Assembly (NCBI GenBank): GCA_013695595.1
Contig: JACDAE010000804.1
Location: forward strand, 2,764-66,763
Reading direction: 5' to 3'
Length of the DNA stretch: 64,000 nucleotides
Origin: Ktedonobacteraceae bacterium
Lineage (GTDB): Bacteria; Chloroflexota; Ktedonobacteria; Ktedonobacterales; Ktedonobacteraceae
Positions 52,565 to 60,846 of the stretch are shown piece by piece. The notes below the pieces were generated by a model that was not told where the DNA came from, ran no database searches, and was given only the letters and a program-made list of their open reading frames with translations. Numbering within the stretch: position 1 is the stretch's first letter; each line of letters starts with the position of its first letter. Position numbers and translations under genes: made by a program.

Positions 52565-53797
52565 ATGAAATCTCTCAGCTTGTGGCAGGATCAGGAAAGC
52601 CGGAAAACCTTAGAGGAAGCCATCGAAGAAACGATCAGCGCCTTTCACAAAACCAATGCCTGGCAGTATGCCATCTGGGATATCGGATACAGCGGAGGCA
52701 AGGATAGTACGGCCCTCGTGACCTTGCTGGCTCATCTTCTAGCCTCGGGGCGACTTCCACGACCAAAGCGGATCGTGGTGCAATACGCTGATACGGGCAT
52801 GGAAGTGCCCCCACTTCAACAATCAGCACTGCACATTCTCCACCAGCTCAAACAGCAGGGCTTTGAAACGCAGGTGGTCCGTCCTGCCCTGGATGATCGG
52901 TTCTTTGTCTATATGTTCGGGCGGGGCGTCCCGCCTCCCAACAATGGTCGCATGCGTTGGTGTACCAGGATTTTGAAAGCAAAACCAATGTCAGTGGCAC
53001 TTGAGGCAGCCAGCGGTGGACTCAAGAGTCTTGTGATCACCGGAGTCCGTGACGGCGAAAGCATTGCACGCGACGAGCGAATCGTGGCTGCATGCTCGAA
53101 GGACAGCGGGGAATGCGGTCAGGGCTACCTGCACGTCAAGTACGAAAACAGTAGCGTAGCCGACGCGCTTGCGCCTATCCGTGGCTGGCGTGTCTGCCAT
53201 GTCTATGACTGGCTGAGCCTTTATGCTCCAGGCTACGGGTTTGATACCTCGACGATTGCTGAAGTGTACGGCTACAACAGTCAAAATGGACAGGATGAGC
53301 CTCTGAACGCCCGCACTGGCTGTATGGAATGCCGTCTCGTCCACGAGGATCACATGATGGAGCGCGTACTGGCACTGCCCAAATACCAGTACCTTGCACC
53401 GATCCGTTGCTTACGCATGCTCTACGAGGAGTTAACACAGGATCACATGCGTCTACAAAAAGACGGAACGCAGCGCCTCAAGGATGGTGGGATGCCTGCC
53501 AACCTCTATCGAAAAGGCCCACTGACGATGGAAGCACGGCGCTATGGCCTAGCTCAGGTGAAAGCGATCCAGGCCGAAGTCAATACGCTGGCCAGGGCAC
53601 AAGACATATCGTCGGTCAGCCTCATCAGCCCAGAGGAGGAAAACAGAATTGAGGAACTGATTGCGGCCAATACTTGGCCGCAGGGATGGACGGGGACGGA
53701 ACCGCTCGCTTCCACCTTCCAGGAGCCGGAAATACAACCAGAGGCAATCCAGCTCGACTGGGAGACCACGTTGGCAGGACAGGATATATGGGAATAA
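52565..53797 (+). CDS. DndC-like PP-loop ATP pyrophosphatase (PAPS-reductase superfamily)
   Basis: PP-loop GYSGGKDSTAL, RMRWCTRILKAKP, Cys cluster ACSKDSGECGQG...TGCMECRLV, resembles recalled DndC/SspD. Confidence 0.7.
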   Translation: MKSLSLWQDQESRKTLEEAIEETISAFHKTNAWQYAIWDIGYSGGKDSTALVTLLAHLLASGRLPRPKRIVVQYADTGMEVPPLQQSALHILHQLKQQGFETQVVRPALDDRFFVYMFGRGVPPPNNGRMRWCTRILKAKPMSVALEAASGGLKSLVITGVRDGESIARDERIVAACSKDSGECGQGYLHVKYENSSVADALAPIRGWRVCHVYDWLSLYAPGYGFDTSTIAEVYGYNSQNGQDEPLNARTGCMECRLVHEDHMMERVLALPKYQYLAPIRCLRMLYEELTQDHMRLQKDGTQRLKDGGMPANLYRKGPLTMEARRYGLAQVKAIQAEVNTLARAQDISSVSLISPEEENRIEELIAANTWPQGWTGTEPLASTFQEPEIQPEAIQLDWETTLAGQDIWE

Positions 53798-53855
53798 GAC
53801 CTTCTCACTTGGGTCCTTTTACGTGGTACTTGCTCAAATATTGAAAGGATTTTGC

Positions 53856-54107
53856 ATGATGAAGCAAAGCGACAGGAAACACTTTGAGCAGGTAGACGAG
53901 GTTTTAGCCTATGCTCGCTCGACAATCAGGCAATCGCTCAAGTCGTCGAAATGGGTGCAAAGAGGCGGATCGGCTGTCTACCTCTCCACTGGTATTTACC
54001 TGGATGAGACTGGATGGTTTGTTGCGAAGAAATTGCATTTTCGCCATAGCGACCAAACGATCCTCTACGGCACCGTTTGTCATGATGGAACATTTCTTGA
54101 GGAATAA
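53856..54107 (+). CDS. hypothetical small protein
   Basis: ATG 53856 within ORF 53661..54107. Confidence 0.4.
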   Translation: MMKQSDRKHFEQVDEVLAYARSTIRQSLKSSKWVQRGGSAVYLSTGIYLDETGWFVAKKLHFRHSDQTILYGTVCHDGTFLEE

Positions 54108-54157
54108 TGACAATTTTCAACCCTTATGTATAGTTCTCCTGATAGAAAAAGGAAGTA

Positions 54158-55642
54158 ATGATCATGTTTACTATCGATACCAAAACCGGTTTACTATGTT
54201 TCTGCATTCATGGCCATTTTTATCAACCTCCGCGCTACGATCCGTTTACGGGCCTGATCGCCAGTGAGCTGGGGGCCACACCCTTTGCTAATTATAACGA
54301 AAAAATTACTTGGGAATGCTATCAGCCGAATGCGGAAGCGGACAATTTCGCCAGTATTAGTTTTAATCTGGGACCAACACTTGCAAGCTGGCTTGAGCGT
54401 GCACATCCTGACGTGTACCAGCACATTCTTGCCTCTGAGCAGCAGCACATGCAGCGCTACGGGGTAAGTAATGCTTTGGCACAAGGATATAATCACACCA
54501 TTTTGCCCCTCGCTTCCACACGCGATAAAAGGACCCAGATCCTCTGGGGGCTACAAGACTATGAGCATCGCTACGGCCACAAGGCACATGGCATGTGGTT
54601 AGCAGAAACAGCCACCGATCTTGAGAGCCTTGATCTCATGGCCCAGGCAGGGATTACCTACACGATCCTGGCCCCCTGGCAGGCTGCCTGCGAGATTGAT
54701 CGCAGTGAGCCCTATTATGTCCATCTGCACAACGGTCGCCGCATGATAGTGTTCTTTTATAATGGCCCGACATCGGGCGGCGTTTCATTTGAGGATCACC
54801 TTACCAATGATGCCAATATGTTTGCCGCATCTGAACTACAAAAGCATCGTCAGCAGGACAAAAGTGAGCACGGCGAGCCACAGATGCTGCTGATTGCTAC
54901 GGATGGTGAGCTGTACGGCCATCACAAGCCCTATCGAGACCGTTTTCTGTCCCATCTGTTGCGTTATGGCGCTCCAAGCTATGGCTTTGAAGTCTGTACG
55001 CTAGAGCGCTACCTCCTGGCACATCCGCCTACCAGAGAAATTCAACTCCATGAACCAAGCTCCTGGAGCTGCATCCATGGGGTAGAGCGATGGCGCGTGG
55101 GGTGCTCCTGCGATGGTACACAGCGCGATGAGCAAAGGCAATGGAAGGCTCCCCTGCGTATGGCACTCAACCATCTTGCCAGTGCTTGTGATCGGCTTTT
55201 TGAGCAGTATGCTAGTGAGACGCTGCATGATCCCTGGAGCGCACGCGATGACTATCTGGCACTCCATCAGGGCTGGGAAACACCCGAACACTTCTGGAAA
55301 CGGCACAGCAAACACGGGCAGGCTCCTCGCGACATTGCCTCAATCTTACAAACAAGCCAGCTTCTTGAAGCGCAGTATTATATGCAGCAAAGCTTCACGA
55401 GCTGCGGTTTTTTCTTTGAAGATGTCGCGCGGATAGAACCACGCAATGATATTGCCTTTGCTCGTAAGGCAATCAGCTTGCTGTGGCAGGCAACCGATAT
55501 CGATCTCCAGCATGAATTTGTATGCGAGCTAGCACACGTCCAGAGCTGGCAAGCACACCTCTCCGGCGCAGACCTCTACCGAGAACTACCAGCCGTTCCG
55601 AGCACCTGGCTCCCATTATTGGAAATGAAGGACCACAAATGA
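54158..55642 (+). CDS. glycoside hydrolase family 57 / DUF3536-like protein
   Basis: HGHFYQPPR, GMWLAETA, LIATDGELYGHH (GH57 regions I, III, IV), C-terminal SCGFFFEDV. Confidence 0.7.
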   Translation: MIMFTIDTKTGLLCFCIHGHFYQPPRYDPFTGLIASELGATPFANYNEKITWECYQPNAEADNFASISFNLGPTLASWLERAHPDVYQHILASEQQHMQRYGVSNALAQGYNHTILPLASTRDKRTQILWGLQDYEHRYGHKAHGMWLAETATDLESLDLMAQAGITYTILAPWQAACEIDRSEPYYVHLHNGRRMIVFFYNGPTSGGVSFEDHLTNDANMFAASELQKHRQQDKSEHGEPQMLLIATDGELYGHHKPYRDRFLSHLLRYGAPSYGFEVCTLERYLLAHPPTREIQLHEPSSWSCIHGVERWRVGCSCDGTQRDEQRQWKAPLRMALNHLASACDRLFEQYASETLHDPWSARDDYLALHQGWETPEHFWKRHSKHGQAPRDIASILQTSQLLEAQYYMQQSFTSCGFFFEDVARIEPRNDIAFARKAISLLWQATDIDLQHEFVCELAHVQSWQAHLSGADLYRELPAVPSTWLPLLEMKDHK

Positions 55643-55661
55643 GCACAGAGATGGAAATTGA

Positions 55662-55683
55662 TAGAGAAACGGACGTTTCTGGA
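55662..55683. promoter_or_regulatory. S-site 14
   Basis: TAGAGAAACGGACGTTTCTGGA, 18 bp before ATG 55702. Confidence 0.6.
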
Positions 55684-55701
55684 AACGTGGGAGGTTATCA
55701 G

Positions 55702-56538
55702 ATGACCCATCTTACTCCCGCCAATAACACCTGGGTCGCCCGTCATGAGCAGGCCCGTTACCTCGTTTCGCTCTCGGGAGGTCTAGGCAGTGCCATTGCC
55801 GCAGAGTGGGCGATAGAGCAGTATGGAAGAGCACAAGTTGGCTTGTGGTTTGCTGATGTACAGGATGAGGATGAAGATACCTATCGGTTTTTACATGATC
55901 TGATGGCCCGCTGGGGGGGCATCCTGTACTGGTACACCGATGGGCGGCGGCCAGCAGATGTGTGGGATGAACGCAAAATCATTCCCAACAGCCTGATTGC
56001 TCCATGTACCTATATTCTCAAAATCGAGCCCTACCGCAGGTTTATTCAGGCGATGCCCATGCTGCCAATCGTGCTGATTGGTTTCAAACAGCATGAAGCC
56101 AGGAGACAACACAACTGCATCGCCTCCTATAAAGAAGCCATACCCGAGGCCGTCGTTGACTATCCGCTCCTGTGGCGACCAGAGGAAACGAGAGCGCTTA
56201 CGACCATCTGCCAGCACGAGTTGGGCATTGAACCACCGCGCGTCTATGCCCTAGGCTATGACTACAACAACTGTCTGGGGGCTGGCGGCTGTTGTCGTAG
56301 TGGCATTACCACCTGGGTCCGAACCGCCTATTACTTTCCTGAGCGCTTTGCCGCACGGGAGTCCTGGGAACAACAGGCCCGCGCTCACGGAGGACCACGA
56401 GCAAACCGTAGCTTTTGCGCACGCACGCGCAATGGCAAGAAGGAAGCGCTCACCTTAGAACAAATTCGCCTGAACTACCTTCCCAATGCACCCAAACTCT
56501 TAAAGCTGAATACACAAAAAGGAGTGGAACTCACATGA
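55702..56538 (+). CDS. PAPS-reductase-family PP-loop protein (second copy, divergent)
   Basis: VSLSGGLGSA PP-loop variant, APCTYILKIEP (C-T-x-x-L-K), Cys cluster NNCLGAGGCCRSG. Confidence 0.6.
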   Translation: MTHLTPANNTWVARHEQARYLVSLSGGLGSAIAAEWAIEQYGRAQVGLWFADVQDEDEDTYRFLHDLMARWGGILYWYTDGRRPADVWDERKIIPNSLIAPCTYILKIEPYRRFIQAMPMLPIVLIGFKQHEARRQHNCIASYKEAIPEAVVDYPLLWRPEETRALTTICQHELGIEPPRVYALGYDYNNCLGAGGCCRSGITTWVRTAYYFPERFAARESWEQQARAHGGPRANRSFCARTRNGKKEALTLEQIRLNYLPNAPKLLKLNTQKGVELT

Positions 56539-57644
56539 TTACCAATGATACGCCACATCCTGCAACGTGGCAAACCAGCAAGGGGCGACCCGTGGACTGG
56601 TATGTGAATGAGCAGGTACAGCAAGGGCACTGGCAGGAGCAGGTGATTACACCTGAACTGACCGGACTGAGCCGCTCGATCACCGTCTTTCGCACACCCA
56701 AATCCTCGGACCTAATTGCCTATGACTGGCACGGCGACAAAAAAACGTTCTGTCCCCCCATGTGGTGGGACTTGGCGATTGGCTCAGGAGCCTGCAATTT
56801 AGGCTGTCGCGGCTGCTTCTTAGTGCTTACCCACCGCATCCGGCGCGATCCCTGGCGGCATCTCTTATATTCCAATGTCGATGACTTCACGCGTGCTGCT
56901 GAGAAATGGCTGGCCGACCCAGCTCGTCGCCGACAACATACCCTTGGTATCGGCATTGATCGTAGCGATAGTCTGCTCTATGAAGGCGTAACTGGACATG
57001 TGAGAAACCTCGCGCCCTTATTCGCCTCGCCTCGCTATAACCGCGTCGGGAACAAACTCATTTTGCTGACCAAGAGCGCCAATACGCGCTATCTTGAGGA
57101 GATTGCGCCTTCGCACCGCGCACAGGTTGTCGTCTCATTCTCTTTGAACCCACAGAGCATCGCTGATTGCTGGGAAGGACTCTGGCCAGACGGTGAACGC
57201 ATTCCTCCGACTATCGCGCAACGCCTGGATGCCGCTCGACATGCCCAGGACCTGGGATTTGAGATCAGGATACGGGTAGACCCGATCCTGACTCCCCCGG
57301 GCTGGCAGGACGCCTACCAGGAGTTTTTCGCAGAGACCGCCGCACGCGGCATTCACTTTGCTTACTATACGCTGGGAACCTACCGGGAAAAAAATGTCCA
57401 ACTCCAGGCATGGATTGAGCACTGGGGCATGCAGCCGATGACCTGGCAACCTGATGCAGGCGATATGACTCAGGACGGGACACATCGGCACCTGTCCGAA
57501 GGAAAGCGCGTAGAAATTTACCGAGAAATCCGCGACAGCATTCGTGTTGCCTCTCCAGGCACAAAAATCTCTCTTTGCAAAGAGACGCATGCGGTACGAA
57601 AGCTCGTAGAATTGTGCAACGCTGACTGTAACTGCTTGCTCTAA
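56535..57644 (+). CDS. radical SAM enzyme, spore-photoproduct-lyase/DNA-photolyase-like (COG1533-type)
   Basis: CNLGCRGC = CX3CX2C; LLTKSANT...VSFSLNPQ...RIRVDPIL layout; ATGA overlap with upstream gene. Confidence 0.65.
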   Translation: MITNDTPHPATWQTSKGRPVDWYVNEQVQQGHWQEQVITPELTGLSRSITVFRTPKSSDLIAYDWHGDKKTFCPPMWWDLAIGSGACNLGCRGCFLVLTHRIRRDPWRHLLYSNVDDFTRAAEKWLADPARRRQHTLGIGIDRSDSLLYEGVTGHVRNLAPLFASPRYNRVGNKLILLTKSANTRYLEEIAPSHRAQVVVSFSLNPQSIADCWEGLWPDGERIPPTIAQRLDAARHAQDLGFEIRIRVDPILTPPGWQDAYQEFFAETAARGIHFAYYTLGTYREKNVQLQAWIEHWGMQPMTWQPDAGDMTQDGTHRHLSEGKRVEIYREIRDSIRVASPGTKISLCKETHAVRKLVELCNADCNCLL

Positions 57645-57700
57645 GCAGCGACAGACCTTGCAGCCCCATCTAGGGGGGCTGCAACCCAAGGGAGATAATA

Positions 57701-58213
57701 ATGGCAACTCTTCGCTTTATACAGGCACCAGAGCAGGCAGAAAAAGAAGAAGACAGGCAGCGCACTCAGGAGCAGAAAATATTTCTGGCGCTGCATGAAA
57801 CTAAAACCTATGCAGAAATTGCAGCCGATTTTAACCTGAGCACGAAGGCGCTCTCCAAACTGGTCACACAAAAAATTTATCCCATGGCCGGCATAAAAAC
57901 ACGTAGAGATCTTTTCCAGGAGTCTCTTCTACGCATTCCACGCTGGCACCTGGAAGCTCTCTGTAAAGAATATTGCTTCACGAAAAAAGAGCGCCTGACG
58001 TTCTTCCTCATGATCCGCAAGCCACAATTCAAGAGAGGAGAGATCGCCAGCGAATTACATAGCAGCGATGCAACGATACGTAATCACATGCATAGCATCT
58101 ATAAAAAAATGGCGATCGCCGAGACTGGTACGAAACACTGGACCATGGTTATCTTTCAGGTCTACAAGACATGGCAAACAGCACAGGAGAGGAGCACCCA
58201 TGAACGCCCCTGA
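57701..58213 (+). CDS. LuxR/GerE-type HTH regulator
   Basis: FTKKERLTFFLMIRKPQFKRGEIASELHSSDATIRNHMHSIYKKMAI. Confidence 0.6.
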   Translation: MATLRFIQAPEQAEKEEDRQRTQEQKIFLALHETKTYAEIAADFNLSTKALSKLVTQKIYPMAGIKTRRDLFQESLLRIPRWHLEALCKEYCFTKKERLTFFLMIRKPQFKRGEIASELHSSDATIRNHMHSIYKKMAIAETGTKHWTMVIFQVYKTWQTAQERSTHERP

Positions 58214-58571
58214 GCGAAATAGCACAGACTGGTCGGGCTGTGCCTCTCTCATGCTGATTGCAATGAGCCACCTGCTAGAGCAAGGAAGGCTCTCAGGACT
58301 CTTACGTGATCAACCAGGAAAGACAGGCCCAGTGGAACCATCCATCAGGCCCTCAAACTTGAACGAATGTTACAAAGGACTTGCTTTTCTAAGAACATTC
58401 TGTTATTTTGATAAGTGTATTCAGGAGTCTCACGAGGAAGCAGGCAGATACCTGCCTCCTCTGTCCAACAGCGAGCAGGAAGCCACGCGCTATCACCGTA
58501 TGAAAAAAGAGGCGGTCGCTGATCACTTCTATAGGAACAGTCGCAGATGCACCCGAAAGGAGAACATATGA
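58200..58571 (+). CDS. hypothetical protein
   Basis: ATG 58200 overlaps LuxR-like stop region. Confidence 0.4.
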   Translation: MNAPERNSTDWSGCASLMLIAMSHLLEQGRLSGLLRDQPGKTGPVEPSIRPSNLNECYKGLAFLRTFCYFDKCIQESHEEAGRYLPPLSNSEQEATRYHRMKKEAVADHFYRNSRRCTRKENI

Positions 58572-60478
58572 AGCTCTACAAACCTGTTCGCCACAAGGCA
58601 GCATCTGGACGCGGCTACGAAGGTGGAGACGCTCCACACGCGACACCGCTCGCTTCGCCTTACGAACCGGGGTATCTGTCAATCAAACAGTTCCCCGACA
58701 AGCGATTCTGGATCATAGGCATCTTTGCAACGCTTCGTGGAGCCAGTGAAGAGGTCATCGAGGAATTACGGACCGATGGTTGGGAACCATGGAGCGAACA
58801 GACAAAAGCGGTGTTCAGTTTTCTGGAGACGCATTTTGCGCAAACGCTGATTGTCGAGGAGTATGATTACGGATTTCGCTACTGGGCACGGACTCCTGCC
58901 CTGCTGTTCGCGCAACGCTATCCGGTGCTGCTAACGCATCAGACGGACGAAAAAGAGTACGCGCATCTGGTACCACCAGATATGGTCGTTGGAAGCGCTG
59001 CCCTGATCTTTGAAGGAGACTCCTACTTTCTCTATACGATAGAACAATTAGGTGAGCAAGGGCAAGATCTTTCTGTGCAAATTAAGGCAGGCATGCTGCT
59101 TTTTCCTGATGATGCTGATCCATCCGAACACGATCGCCGCCGCCAGGAAGCGGCGCGTAGAGAGGCGTGGGAACCAACGCAGCAAGCAGCCCAGCATTTG
59201 GCGAAACTGTACTGGGAACTACATCAGCAACGTACCAAGTCCTCTCCTCGTACGCACGGGTTACCTGCGCTCACCTCAGCACACCGCACCAGACTACCAC
59301 TCACCAATTCATTTCGCGGACTCGCACAAAGCTTTGGACCAGCGGTGCAACATTCCATCTGGAATCAACAATTGGAAGGCACGCTTGAATTGCTGACCCC
59401 CAATGGAACACTTTTACGAGTTGTTGGCACCAACACTGCCGAAAATGTTGCGCTCCATCGCTACGTTACCCAGATGCTCGGACCAGAGGGCCTCAAGCAC
59501 CTGATTATTCTCCTGGACGCCTACTATCTCCAAACAAAAGGAACAGATCGCAAAGCGGACGCGCGGGTCAGCCTCCGGCAACTGCTGATTCGCCTCGGCG
59601 CTGGCAGCAAGGCAGATGATCGCGAAGAACAACGCAAATTCATGCACTCGATTCTCTACCTAGCCAGCACGTATATTACCTCTGATGAGCGGCAACCACC
59701 TGAAACAAGACCACAACCCCTGGCCAGGCAGCGGCGACGCCGAAAAACGGATCGCAAAGACTATTCACCGCTTCTCATCATTGAACGTCTGAAGCCTAGC
59801 CCCGATGGCAGCATTCAGATCCCCGACGAAGTCGAGTACCATCTTGGCGCTGAATTTTTTGAAGCGCTCTTTGGCCCCCAACAACAGTTTTTCTCGCTTC
59901 CAACGGCGCTGCTGCTGCGCTATCATGCCGTGCGCGAGCAACAAGAACTCCTGCTCGCATTTTATTTGAGCAACGCACTTATTACCTCTGGAGGACGCTT
60001 CTCTGCCTCGTTTCTCACCCTGGTCTTGCAAAGTGCACTACAATCGCAGGATGAGGTTGCTCGTGGGCACGATCGTCTGCGTGATGCCCGACGTGTTCTC
60101 TTCGCACTAGAACATCTAGAGCAACAGGATTTAATCCGGCGGGAGAGTCATATAGCAATCGATACGGCCTTGACGATGGAACTGGCGACAAAAAAAGAGA
60201 TTCAGGAGATGCTGGCTCCGGCCACCTTGCAGCGCATTCAACTGGAAGTCACCTATCAACAGCAACTTCCACCAGAGAAAATACGGGCCAGCCGACGGAT
60301 CGCTCTGCAGCAGTTGCTCGATGAGCACACTCATCCACCCGTCACCTTCCTCGCGGGTCCGGTATTAGTCGATCAAATCCAGCACCATCAGCAACGCCTT
60401 CACGAACAAAAGAACACGCCCGCTCAACTCCCGCCCTCCACACCACCGAGGAAAAGGAGAAAAAAGGATGTGCTCTAA
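58568..60478 (+). CDS. hypothetical protein, possible replication initiator
   Basis: 636 aa, SD AAGGAGA; position next to iterons and primase; no motif recognised firmly. Confidence 0.5.
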   Translation: MKLYKPVRHKAASGRGYEGGDAPHATPLASPYEPGYLSIKQFPDKRFWIIGIFATLRGASEEVIEELRTDGWEPWSEQTKAVFSFLETHFAQTLIVEEYDYGFRYWARTPALLFAQRYPVLLTHQTDEKEYAHLVPPDMVVGSAALIFEGDSYFLYTIEQLGEQGQDLSVQIKAGMLLFPDDADPSEHDRRRQEAARREAWEPTQQAAQHLAKLYWELHQQRTKSSPRTHGLPALTSAHRTRLPLTNSFRGLAQSFGPAVQHSIWNQQLEGTLELLTPNGTLLRVVGTNTAENVALHRYVTQMLGPEGLKHLIILLDAYYLQTKGTDRKADARVSLRQLLIRLGAGSKADDREEQRKFMHSILYLASTYITSDERQPPETRPQPLARQRRRRKTDRKDYSPLLIIERLKPSPDGSIQIPDEVEYHLGAEFFEALFGPQQQFFSLPTALLLRYHAVREQQELLLAFYLSNALITSGGRFSASFLTLVLQSALQSQDEVARGHDRLRDARRVLFALEHLEQQDLIRRESHIAIDTALTMELATKKEIQEMLAPATLQRIQLEVTYQQQLPPEKIRASRRIALQQLLDEHTHPPVTFLAGPVLVDQIQHHQQRLHEQKNTPAQLPPSTPPRKRRKKDVL

Positions 60479-60489
60479 GGTGTCACTAA

Positions 60490-60531
60490 CCCCACTCGCG
60501 GCGGAAAACACCCCCACTCGCGGCGGAAAAC
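60490..60531 (+). repeat. tandem 20-bp direct repeat CCCCACTCGCGGCGGAAAAC x2 (22-bp period)
   Basis: 60490-60509 and 60512-60531, identical. Confidence 0.8.
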
Positions 60532-60778
60532 GAAAACGCTGAAGCGGCCTGTAGAGCGACTTCGCATTTTTGACATGCGCGAAGGTGTGCATTTGTGCGT
60601 GTTATTTTGCGTACATGGGACTAGCAGAAACACTCTTTTTACGGTACTCTGCATAGGAAAGAACATCATTGGAGGGAGAATACCGGCCACGATAGTACAG
60701 AGCACGCGCAAGAACAACTGGAGAAGAGACGTAGGTGCGTATGTCCTCTCATTCGTACCCTTCGATCTTTTGTCATCG

Positions 60779-60802
60779 TTACAAAAACGGGTGTTTTTGT
60801 AT
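60779..60802. promoter_or_regulatory. S-site 15
   Basis: TTACAAAAACGGGTGTTTTTGTAT, 45 bp before primase ATG. Confidence 0.6.
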
Positions 60803-60846
60803 GATGGAGGACCGTCGCGCCTGTCCAACTCGAAGGAGGTGGCATA

